Assembly (NCBI GenBank): GCA_002104905.1
Contig: MCFE01000236.1
Span: forward strand, 1-64,000
Direction of reading: 5' to 3'
Length of the DNA: 64,000 nucleotides
DNA from: Basidiobolus meristosporus CBS 931.73
Lineage: Eukaryota; Fungi; Basidiobolomycota
Shown: one piece after another, positions 26,017 through 41,033 of the stretch
How positions within the stretch are numbered: position 1 is the first letter of the stretch
Layout: each line of letters starts with the position of its first letter
The notes under the pieces: model-generated
The model's database searches: none
The model's input: only the letters and a program-made list of their open reading frames with translations
What the model was told of the DNA's origin: nothing
Position numbers and translations under genes: made by a program

Positions 26017-27346
26017 GATATGCTATGGATGTGAGGGATGTTCAAGGTGTCAATGGTTTACTAAGGAGTATGAATAGATTTGCTCTGTTACAATAGTGCA
26101 GAAAGAGGAGCGAATGTACCGACGGCCAAGCGTCTGTAAAATGAAAGGATAAATGAATAAGGATATCAGTGGTCGTGAACGTTGGGACCTCAAACATATT
26201 TAAGCTTATAGCCCAGTGGGATCGCAGTTTGCTCTATTGCTAAAGAAAACTAGTATCATTACTTTGAGTTCGTCCCAAAACCGGTCCAATATAAATCGTG
26301 CAACCAGCAATGGTATTTCAATCCAATGCAGCAGACAAAGCGTTGAATAGATCGCTATCATAGGCTTTGCTGCAACTCTTCTCATTTGATTTGTTGATCT
26401 CCTTAGCATTTTTGTAGCCAATTACAAACCCCAGCGATTGGTTACTTTCGGCGCCGTCCATATTGCAATTAGGAAGTAATTTATGATACAAGCTGTTGCT
26501 AAATGCGGACTGGGATTCTATTATTCTCAGGAACAGTTACCCACAGATACCATTAATATCCAAAGGGACAAGTAGCAGTGATCGCCATGTTTAAAACTTG
26601 GACTATCGATAGCTCGCTAAGCACTCCGAGGTCTTTTGTGGATATTACATGATTCTATGGGTATCACCTTGAATAATTTGTACTACCAACTTCAATGGGA
26701 CTCTGCAGCTGCGTAGTTTTCTATGGAAGCTCCAGACGGGTGTTCAGATCAATTTTCTTACTGCACTTAACCTTCATTCAGAAGTCTAATGATTTGTCTA
26801 AGTGTTTCAGCTGTTTCTGAGGATACTGGGAAATCTAGCTTAAATGAGATAACCTCCTATCGTACCACTCCACTTTTATTATGCCAATCCTATGTTTGTT
26901 CTAATATCCATATGCATTACTGATACATATATGTTCATCCTTGCCACCCATCCGATTGCAACTAAGATTACTACTTTAATTGGGCCCGTTTATCTTGCAT
27001 GCCGTCGGCTAGATGCTTGGGTGATGATAGTAAGCCCATTTAGAACATAGTTTTTATATAGTCAATCCTCTAATGCACGAGTCCTTTGTGGGTACCCCAG
27101 ATGTCTATACTGCCTTTTGTAGTTGATGTACAATTTCATCAGTCAGTGCGCCAGCATAGTGGTTTTTCCCTAAACGTCGTATTAACTAATAGTTGCATCT
27201 AGGCATATGAAATATGTGCTAGTTTGTTACAATCTACATCTCCATGAACAGCATAGAAATGTATATTTATTATATGAACCGTATATTAGGATAACGCTAG
27301 GCAAAACTATTCTTGATCATAATGGATTTGTGAGAAGGTAACAAAT

Positions 27347-28165
27347 CTACCAAGGAGTGGATTTGTTGGTGTTTGGATTGCGACCAGGTAACATCTTCAA
27401 CGGTGTCTTGGAGTATGGTACAGCGTTAATAACAACGTTCGTATTCCACCCCTTCTTTTCGAAAGGTGCACGCGAGTTCTTGTTGTTAGGATCCCAGCAT
27501 CTGTTCCACTTGCAAACTCCCAATCTATCACCCCAGCCAATAGCACAAAGCTGCTTGCTAGGGTTACGAGGATCGCCGCCTTCAAATGCAGCGCCTTGCT
27601 TGGTGCCCTTTGGACCACCTTTGACAATAATATCTGAACAAGAGTAGAAGTCCCCATGTCCTTGCATGGAGCCGTACCATGACCATTGAAGAGTCCATTC
27701 GCCATCGTCCAACCACTTGGGAATATTGATGGCAGTGTTGCAATTTTTAGTATTGCCGCCTAATTTGTCATTGTTGTTTTTGTCACTTTGGCCGCGACAT
27801 CCAGGTCCGGCTTCGTAACAGGAGTATTTGTGAACATTGTTGTCGAATTCACTTGCACTATCAGACTTGGAGGTTTTGGCGAAAGCAAGACGAATAAAAC
27901 CACCAGGATGGTTGTTGCGTGCCCAGGAAACACTGATCTCCTGACCTCTCTGGAATACAGCACGCTTATTCATAGGAGTTACAACGATGCTTTCGCAGGG
28001 ACCGTAGCATTTCTTGGGATTTGAGCCCGTGAATGTCTTTCCATCTAAACGGCATTGACCTTGTCTAACTCGCGGATCGGGTCCAGTAAGGTAGGAGTGG
28101 CCTTGAACGTTGATGGAACAAGCAAGTGAGACGATTGCAAGAGTGATCAGATTTTTCCCCCACAT
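27347..28165 (-). CDS. Secreted putative lytic polysaccharide monooxygenase (His-brace, AA10/chitin-binding type-4-like), intronless
   Basis: The first in-frame ATG is at 28165 (the ORF track starts at an upstream TTG). A 22-aa signal peptide ends ...NVQG and is followed by H-S-Y-L-T-G-P-D-P-R. Second His in WARNNHPGGF; GEWTLQWSW; GDFYSCSDIIV. TATAAA-like element ~115 nt upstream. Confidence 0.75.
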   Translation of the reverse strand: MWGKNLITLAIVSLACSINVQGHSYLTGPDPRVRQGQCRLDGKTFTGSNPKKCYGPCESIVVTPMNKRAVFQRGQEISVSWARNNHPGGFIRLAFAKTSKSDSASEFDNNVHKYSCYEAGPGCRGQSDKNNNDKLGGNTKNCNTAINIPKWLDDGEWTLQWSWYGSMQGHGDFYSCSDIIVKGGPKGTKQGAAFEGGDPRNPSKQLCAIGWGDRLGVCKWNRCWDPNNKNSRAPFEKKGWNTNVVINAVPYSKTPLKMLPGRNPNTNKSTPW

Positions 28166-30318
28166 ATTGAGAAAGGATTTCAAAGTGAAGTAATTCAGTT
28201 AATGGAAGTGGCCTGCACTAAGAGGATGAGGTTTTCAATGACCAGAAGTGAGATACTGAAGACATAGCGACGCCGTACTTTATATTCCGTCAAGGTCAGG
28301 GCCAACTCAAAGCATATCAAGAGATAAGTGAAGATGGTAATTAATATTGTACCACCGTCAGCGGATAACTACCATAACCCTTTCTAGATGAAATCAAGTA
28401 TTTCCTAGGATATGGTCCGCTAAGAAAGTCCGGTATCACCACTAATACATTAGTTGTTGTACTACTTCTTGATAATCCATTGAGTACCAGCGATTTTCTT
28501 GCAGTTCGATAACTTATGCAAGGTTAATTGGTTAGGAAAGAATGATGCCACTACTGCAGATAGCTATGGCTCAAGGAGATGTAACGTTTGGCATAATGTA
28601 ATTGGCGTTATTTTTAGGGTCGCATTTCACACAGTAAATTGCACAACGACTTCTGTTTCGTACAAGTGATTGAAGCCATATGCAGACACAAGGAATGCAA
28701 TAGTGGGTAAACGAATAAGACACCTTCTGTCAAGGGCAGTCCGCATACTAAATATCTTTGTTCCCAGCCATTATCATTATCCCTTTGACTACTTGTTTAA
28801 ACTAGGGCCTGTACAACCATATTAGTTTTTCCAGTTATAGACCAAGTCTCCAAGAACATTAATTTTCGGCGTCTAAGGCTGATGACAAGGGCCCTAACCA
28901 GCTGTGACACCTACACTTCAACATAAAGCACTCGAGATTCTGGGGGGGTTAGCCAATTACGCATGATATATTAAGGGTTAAAACCAAGAATTCTGGATAT
29001 TTGAGGAATACAGCCGTACTGTATGGACTGAATACTACTCTTATGTTAAAGTCAATGCTGCAGCAGATATGAAGTGATTCATTTGTGCTTAATGATCTCT
29101 GTTGGCGCATAAACATTTAGGTTGGTGGATGGTTCATATTTGACCGGCAAAAATCCCGTTGTACATTCGCAACTAACACAACACCCGTGTGTGTAAGGGA
29201 TCAGATCTCCTGAAGAAACTGGCGAAATTAGCACAAATCTCAAGTAGGTAAACAGCATTTGGAGGAGTTGGATGAAGACCCCAGTTAATGCGAAAACGTT
29301 TTCATAGATGCTAATCGCATGGCTCATTGTGGTGGTAGTACTTCATATCACCTCTTTATGGCACTTGGCCTGATAGCCCCATCACATTCTGACAATTCAT
29401 CTAGTACATTTACAAAAAGGTCGCATGGATCAAGGAAACGCTAATCTACAGGTTGTCTAAATCCGTAGTGCATTGAATGAACACACAAACAACGACACTA
29501 CTGTTAATAGTAGTGACGTGCGAACCGCCGTCCGACTACATATTTATGCGGCAGTCGAGTGTTTGATTGTCACTGGGAACATGGCCTCCCTTCATAACAG
29601 TCTGTCGAGGATGGTTATCAGTTTGCACGAGCCTTTATTTTGATCATCCGCCAATCTTAAATATGCTCACATGATTGACTAGCTTTATGCAGCAAGCTAG
29701 AAAGTATCATGATGGGTGTACAACTGCATGAAATCTGTGGCTGTAGTGTAAGCACTGAGACCTATGCACGAACAATATGTGATATCTTCATATCTAATGC
29801 CACCCGACTCGACGATACTCCTGTCAGTTTGAAGTCATTGTAGTTTCTAATATTTTCAGGCATTTTACCTTATAGGGAAGACTGGGCCAGCAAAGCTGAT
29901 GCTGCAGCATAGATGAAATGCTTCAGTATCTGACCTGATAGCGCATTGTTGATGATCGAAGCTGTATCAAGTATAGATCACATCTCTTGTTACAAGCAAC
30001 CAAAGATACATGGATCGATATCACATAGTGTGTAGTCTATCCATTCGCCAATTACCGTATACGCATATTCAAGGCATTGTTGTCGAATGTGATATAGTAA
30101 ACATCTCAAAAACATGCTTAGAAGTCACCTTTTTATTCTCTATAGAGTGGACTGTTCACTTGGATATAACGAGAGGAGAAAAATGTTTACTTCGAAGAGC
30201 ACAAACTTCAGCGCAGATTTATACAGTTGGACTAGAACAAGTTTTAGCTGGTGGTCAAAGAAAAACCTGAATTGTAAATATCTGACATTGTCAAGTAAAA
30301 GGTGACTGAGACAGTCCC

Positions 30319-30759
30319 CTATTTATCCTTAGGTTGCGAGTAGAGCCCCGTGGAGAACGTTCTTGCCCCAACCCACCCCCATTTGAAAGTCACCTCGTTC
30401 GCACAGATTTCTCCAAAGCCCATAAACACCCCGCTTAAAAAGGGCAAAAACAGGTTAAATGCAAAGATTTTAAGAATGGCGAGCAACCGTGGATGACGAT
30501 AGAATGGCACAATTGCCGTGGTGCTCTCGACCTGCTTAACAGAGGGTTTCGCTAGTGGGAAGTCCGAGGGTAGATCAACAGAGCCATCATCAATTTCGCT
30601 CTCTAATTCCTCTATTTCGGCTATCGATTGTGTCTGGATATTTGAACTGGAAATTGAAGTCGACCTGTTATTTGCAAAGGATGCCGTGGTCAAAACGGAA
30701 CTCCTTTGAAAGGTAGCAGATGGCTGAAGAATAGACGCAAGCGATGGTCCAGAAGACAT
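30319..30759 (-). CDS. MIM1: Mitochondrial outer-membrane import protein Mim1 (TOM13)
   Basis: FNLFLPFLSGVFMGFGEICANEVTFKWGW matches the Mim1 transmembrane signature. Acidic N-terminus. First ATG at 30759. Confidence 0.85.
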   Translation of the reverse strand: MSSGPSLASILQPSATFQRSSVLTTASFANNRSTSISSSNIQTQSIAEIEELESEIDDGSVDLPSDFPLAKPSVKQVESTTAIVPFYRHPRLLAILKIFAFNLFLPFLSGVFMGFGEICANEVTFKWGWVGARTFSTGLYSQPKDK

Positions 30760-31068
30760 GTTGTGGGAACTGGGATTTCCTTGAGGAGGAATCAAATTCT
30801 GAATTTTAATATTACCATTGTGGAGGTTGGTCAGTACGTGTTAAACAGAATAATCATACGCTGGACCATTGATTTCTTGAAATCAGCAATTTGTTGACTT
30901 TATTTATGTTCCCATTATACAACATTCGTAACACGTTGAATAATCACATCCATTTGACTGGGGTATAGATCAAATGTATCGTGAAAATTTAGACTGTTGA
31001 GGGAAATTGATAAGTGCCTATCCACTCCGAGGCATATTCCTTCCCGTTGCTCAATTTAGTCACGCAGG

Positions 31069-31326
31069 ATGTTTGGACTTCTGAATCGTGCACTCACTAC
31101 CGCCAGTCCTATAATTAGGAGCAGCCCCTCTTTAAACACAATGTTTTTTGAACAAATCCGCCAAAAAAGTCAGTTCGCCATAGGAAAGAAGGGAAAAACT
31201 GCCAAGCTCAAGGCCATGCTCAAGGTAAGTCTGTGGCCCAAGTACGCTCAAGGTGTCTTATGGAATAACCGGCATTCCTTTTTATAGGCTAAGCAAAGAA
31301 GACTAAGGAAAGGAAAGACCAATTAG
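31069..31326 (+). CDS. 64-aa basic protein with predicted mitochondrial presequence (two exons)
   Basis: ATG at 31069, GTAAGT donor at 31225, TAG acceptor ending 31287, stop at 31324-31326. Product: MFGLLNRALTTASPIIRSSPSLNTMFFEQIRQKSQFAIGKKGKTAKLKAMLK|AKQRRLRKGKTN. Confidence 0.65.
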
Positions 31327-31540
31327 ATGTGCTTAACTGGACATCTAGATTTTTCTTCGCATTTATCATGTCCCTTTAGCATTACTCGTCAGCTTACACA
31401 CCAGTTCAGCAAGTTGTTTGACATACTCCACATGTAACAATTGGATTCTGTCATGCCAGTAACTTTTATTAGATGTCGAAGTATCTATATAAATAAGGAT
31501 AAAACGTATCATTCAGAACTTATAAAGGGGCATCGTTTTA

Positions 31541-33537
31541 CTATTCATGCTTCGAATTCAAATCCTCGTTGTTCACTATGTCTCGAGCCTCCAAAAGCTT
31601 CAGAATTTTCATAATCATGGTTTGATTGGACTTTTGCAACTCCACCAAAGCTTGGATTTGTTCAGTCAAATCAGGATGTTGATTATCATTGCCCAGCATA
31701 GAGTAATCACGATTGGGATCCAGGGGATCTGGAGTAATGGTACGAAAGGCATCCATTTGAGTGAGGTCAGATACTAGAAACCCTATGTAAATAACAAAGT
31801 GTTGCTGATGTTAGCACTAAACTCTTACTGGAGTATCTTCGCACCGGCCCCAGTGGATCCTGCTCCTGGTTGGTTTCACCATTCGGAAGCTATTATGCAA
31901 GTTAAACAGGAGGCACCAAAAGCAAGTTCTTCTGGGCTTACCCTTTGGTTGGGTCGATGTCTTTTGGTATAATCCCAAACGACGGTGAAATGACGGCCAA
32001 CAATAATGGATGGGAGGGCAATGAGCTACATGAACATTGAGTGTCTGTTGATATCCAAATGGTATACGATGGTTGGCCTTACCAAAATGCCGCACATCAT
32101 AACAGGAAACGATATCAGCTTCCCAATAAAGGTTTCTGGGACCATATCACCTACGACATTTACAATAAGTACACGTCAAAGCATGGCATGCATAGGATCT
32201 AGGCCTACCGTATCCGGTCGTGGTTAAAGTCACAATGACATACCAAAAGGAAGCAGGGATGCTGTCGAAATTGCTACATAAAACCCATCTATGAATAGAA
32301 TTGCCGAATCTACCCTCAGCAGGCTTCGATACCTTGGCCCACCACTAGAAGTGACGAACATCTTTTTTTCTTCGTCCCAAACCCCTAACGTATGTTATTT
32401 AGGCTAAGTATGCGAGGGACTGATGGTGTGAAGTGACCTTACCTCTCTCTACAAAATAGATCAAGCTAGAAAAGACGATGATTGTCAGCATGAAAAAAAG
32501 GAAAAGTGCATATAAAGCATCGGAGCTCTTCTTGAAGGCAATGAGCAAAACCTCGATGGAGAGCTTGGTTTCATCAAACAACGTGAATACATGGATCCCT
32601 GGCCTTCGTTTACAAACCGTTTACCTGAATGAGCGACGAGTACTTGAAAACGCGAAACGCTCGAAACAAGCGAAATAATCGAAGTATAGTAAATCGGAAT
32701 TCGTAGGACTGCAATGACAGAGAGAGCCATATCAATACTATAGTGTGCCCTCGTATCTTACAGATCCTTTTCTTACCGCATCACGTCGTAGAATCAGCTC
32801 CACGTAATAAGGTGCAATGGCAACAACATCGATGATCGAAAGTGGCGCTATTACTTGGCATCAGTACTTATCATTGGGAGCGCTACAGTGATAACGGTAC
32901 CTATAATGAATTGCAGCAGCTGCTCTCGAGAGTCGGAATGTGCGTAAAATCTCAGAATATACTCAACAGTAAACAGAAACACGATGGTAGTTTCAAAATT
33001 GAACCTGATATTGCGTTAATTCAGGGTGCAACTAGACTTGAGCGGGACTGAAAATACCATAAAGATGTTCCCGCGTAGTGAAAAGCAGGGATGGTCTCCA
33101 CCGTAGATACAACTGTGCTCAAGACAATCATGAATGAAACAAACACGTTAACTACGAAAGCAGCCGGGGTGGAAGAGGGGTCTTCGAGTAACAGGTAAAG
33201 CTTCTTTCTCAATCCATCCTATTATGAAGGCTTAATTTCAAAAGGCAGTCTCTGGTGAGGGTCAAGTTCATGTTTATACCTTCATGAAATCGGCAGCAAT
33301 ACTCATGGCACTACGACGTGAGGCTTCGTTATCCTCAAAATCAAAAGTCTCCATATTGTTGACCTCAGTCTCAGCTTCGTCAATCTCAGCTACGCGGGCA
33401 GATGATTGCGAGGTAGATTGTCTACTTATAGAACGTCTGTAATAAGGCGTTGTTGTATCATCGGTTTGTATCATTTGCGAAGTGGAAGATGACGATATAT
33501 TCTGCATTTCTGGTATATTAGCATAGCTTTTAGTCAT
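31541..33537 (-). CDS. Voltage-gated potassium channel, 6TM Kv-like, without a T1 domain (multi-exon)
   Basis: S1 LYLLLEDPSS..FVSFMIVLS; S2 FTVEYILRF; S3 IIDVVAIAPYYVEL; S4 LRLFRLFRAFRVFK; S5; pore FDSIPASFWYVIVTLTTTGYG|DMVP; S6 CGIL|LIALPSIIVG. Confidence 0.92.
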
Positions 33538-33910
33538 AAAACTAGTCTCTACCCCTTTAGTTTAGTATATCGTTGGATTGTGCCACATGCTTTGGGCGGG
33601 AGATATACAGTTATGTCAGAGCTAGAAATGCTACATTTAAACTTGGGAATTCTGAAATTGAGATATTTACATTCATGCTCGTTTGGAATCAGATCATATT
33701 CAAATTCCAGTATTATCAATTTATTTATACTTCTATGGACTGCTATTGGCTTCAAATGCGAGCATTACTATGGTACAATGCCTCTGTGCTACCTATTCTA
33801 TTGAGTGTTTTGCTGACGAGTATGAAATTTCCATCTGGCAATGCTGCCCTAATTATTTATCCTTTCCCTCAAAACAGGCTAAATTTCTACACCTCCTAAA
33901 GCCCATTGAG

Positions 33911-34786
33911 ATGGTAAACTCACCCCATTTATCATTTACGTTTCACCGAGCTAATGTTTGCTTCTAGACTACCTCCAGTAATAAGCAAGCTATCTCCAAG
34001 GAAGAATGGTCAGAAAGACTTGATAAGGTTCAAGTAAACAAGCAGTACGTCAACATTATTTGGTTTACATTCACCCAAACACTTACCGTGTAAATTCTTC
34101 ATTTTCCAGTGATCTAAATAAACTTGTAATGAATTACTTGGTGATAGAAGGCTACAAGGATGCCGCAGAGAAATTTAGCCAAGAGTGTGGCCTTTCACCC
34201 AATATTGATCTTACCTCAATTGAGGATAGGATGAATATCCGCAATGCTGTGCATTCTGGGGATATAGGCGAGGCCGTGGAGAGAGTCAATGATTTAGATC
34301 CCGAGGTTTGTAATACAACCATAATAACCACAATAATAATTGAAGAGCTAGTTCGACTTGTAACCCTTGAATAATATGTAGATTTTGGATACCAATCCCA
34401 AACTCTTCTTCCACCTGCAACAGCAAAGATTGATTGAGCTGATACGTAAGGGGAACGTCGATGAGGCCCTCGAATTTGCCCAAGAGGAACTAGCGCCGCG
34501 TGGTGAGGAGAATCCAGAGATGTTGCAGGAACTTGAACAAACAATGGCTTTACTTGCATTCGAAGACCTCAACAAATCTCCAGTTGGTGAACTTTTGGAC
34601 CATACTCACCGCCAGAAAACTGCCAGCGAGTTAAACGCAGCAATTTTAACCTCACAGAGTCAAGACAAAGATCCTAAACTCCCCGGTCTACTAAAAATGT
34701 TAGTCTGGGCTCAAAACCAACTTGACGAAAAAACCAACTACCCGCGTATAAACAATTTTATGACGGCTGAATTAGAAGGTCCTTGA
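33911..34786 (+). CDS. GID8: GID/CTLH complex subunit Gid8 (LisH-CTLH-CRA)
   Basis: ATG|intron|TTSSNKQAISKEEWSERLDKVQVNK|DLNKLVMNYLVIEGYKDAAEKF; LFFHLQQQRLIELIR; ELEQTMALLAF; RQKTASELNAAIL; LKMLVWAQ. Confidence 0.93.
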
Positions 34787-35248
34787 AACTCATAACTACG
34801 CGGTATTGTATTTAATTGATTTAGCAAACTTCCATCAGTCTTGTAATATTATCTATACACTTCTCTTCAATGTCGAACACTCTTTTCTCATGCTCTTATC
34901 GTTGGCCACACTGCTGTCTGTAACAAGTAAAGTATACAAAGGACGAAATGATTTCTACAGATAGTCGAGTCTGGAGACTAAACTTCCTGATCTTGCTCTA
35001 GTATATGTGATTCTCGGCACCGAGTTTTTTGTGAATGTTCGTTATGATAGCATGTATGCGTAGAACATGTGCTATCGCACTGTATGTGGTTTGTAGAGGT
35101 TGGTGACAATATATATGGACAGGCAGGGTGACTTCGATGTAACAGGGAAGCGTGTTCATACTGCAGATTTGACGCTTGAAGGGGAACCACACTATGGCAT
35201 GGAACAGGTTTATTTAGAGATATCAATATGCTATAGGAATAAAGAAGG

Positions 35249-35708
35249 TTATGCTACACTTTCGTACTTCTTGTTTTCGCCACGAAGTCGCATCTTCATT
35301 TGATCAACAAGATAGTCTATCGCCTGAATAGAGTCTTTTCTGTGAGGAGAAGAGATGGCAATCATTCCACTTTCTTCTCCCGCAGGAATACGACCAATTC
35401 GATGATACATTGCAATATGAATCAAATCCCATTTTTGACGCACCTCTTGGGCCATTTCCAGCATTCTTGCCTCCATCACTTCGGGATCACCTTCAAAACT
35501 AACATAACTTATATCCTTGTCTTACATGAAGGGTTACTTATGTTACTGTTTACTCAAAAGAATCTTACGAAACGTTAATACCTCCGGATTTCCCTCTCAC
35601 AAATCCCGAATATGTGCTAACAGCACCTGCACTTGGATCCTTCACCAAAGAGGCAATTTCTTGAGGCGCAAATGCTTGATCACTAGTTAGAACTTTGATA
35701 TGATTCAT
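35249..35708 (-). CDS. Molybdopterin synthase large subunit (MoaE/MOCS2B)-like, divergent
   Basis: VKDPSAGAVSTYSGFVRG; IAMYHRIGRIPAGEESGMIAISSPHRKDSIQAIDYLVDQMK. One intron at ~35521-35581. The 3' end is uncertain (possible extra exon to 34978). Confidence 0.75.
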
Positions 35709-36060
35709 TATGCCTGGTCACAATTTGCCAACGTATTTTTATATATTTTATCAATTTGAGGATCAGTCATTGCACCAGTTGATGTTGCACGGGCAGATTG
35801 CTGATGGAGTGGAGATCGCTTTGAATGAAGTGCAGATTCTTTTTTTAACCTGTGAATTTTGGCGCTACAAGGTAATCAACAAAATGAGATCGCTAGCAAT
35901 TCTATTTGATTGCCTCATCTCTAATTTCATGAGCACAGCCAATCAAACAAAATTCTTTTCTGGAACGTCATCTTTCTGCCTGGCTGTTTCGTAATCGTGT
36001 AGATATTTTCTCCCTGAGGTGTGAGAAGTTTGTTCGTACATTGCATTAGTTTAGATTAGT

Positions 36061-37376
<1,316 letters not shown>

Positions 37377-37888
37377 CCCAGCCTACCACTGTATTCTCTG
37401 ATTGTAAAGAAGGAAAATAAATACAATTAGTATATATTATTTAAGAGAGTGCGCATTCTTCGTGGGGCTGTTGTAGCGGCAGGTATTCACATAGAAATCA
37501 AGTTAGGGGAAGTGAGATTTCGGTGTCCCTCAAATCGTCTATGGAGGAGTGGTGTGATTGTAGCACCAATCCACAACGAACCAATCCGTTATTTCCTCGT
37601 CATAGAGGGAGGGCTTGGTTGTCAGGATATCTTCATGATTTGATCCATGGTCACTGTGCATAGGAGGTAATAATTGTCTGATAACGTGTCTACGACTATT
37701 GCATAATTGGCAAATAGTTAGCCGCTGCGTGACCGCATATCTTTCATCTTGACTTCACTTTCCAAGTACATCTTCTTTGATTAAACGTTGTCCATATCCC
37801 CACTCTACTAAACTGAGCTGTACCTAGCGTTTCTCTACTTCGGATTGTAGTTCCATAATACAGTATATTCCTCACTGTAGTCGCCTAA

Positions 37889-40426
<2,538 letters not shown>

Positions 40427-41033
40427 GCGCCAGATTCCACGTACAATATTTAATCTAACGAATTCCTTAGTGATACTTCACCTAGCTTAGCACTATCCCA
40501 TCATTTAAGTCAAATAAAGTGAGCCTTCAAAATACACGTGATCATCTAGCCCAGGTGAAAGGTCCGAGACGAATAGACTCCCCTACATCTGGGTAGAAGC
40601 CCGTCTTTTAATGATACAATGCATCATACATGTAACGAGGGGTAACCACTACAACTACAGCTAGAGGGTAAGATAATAAGACGATTTCTTTTATCGAAGA
40701 AAGTCGAACCAGTTAGTGAATTCGATGCTTATTTACACCAGGGAAGGGAGACATAAGGTTGGGTTATAGATGAGGAACTGAATAAAAAGGCAAGTGGAAA
40801 GAATGTTGAATGAACGCACTGATTGGGAAAGGAAGTGAGACATAGTAAAAATAAATCAATAAATGGTAAAGTGGTAAGTGGAGGTTTTCGAAATCGTTCG
40901 ACGAAGGATTCCGAAGAATCATGGTGGATGGATTTGACCTGAATGGCGGGACTGCATTCCTTCAATCTATCCATAACCAATAGTAGAGCCTGGTTGGGTG
41001 AAGTGGAGCAAATTAAAGTGTATTCTATAAGAA

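Noticed and set aside
26206-26960. Protein-like short minus-strand frames between the CBM9-like and LPMO genes
   Set aside because: Trial splicing gives only ~40-65 aa with early stops and no family motif; cannot be supported as a gene or pseudogene.
28200-30300. Possible transposon remnant in the long spacer
   Set aside because: No transposase, RT or integrase motifs, terminal repeats or target-site duplications found by eye.
35710-36050. Bicistronic MOCS2A (MoaD) upstream of the MoaE-like gene, as in animals
   Set aside because: No ubiquitin-like ORF ending in Gly-Gly on the minus strand.
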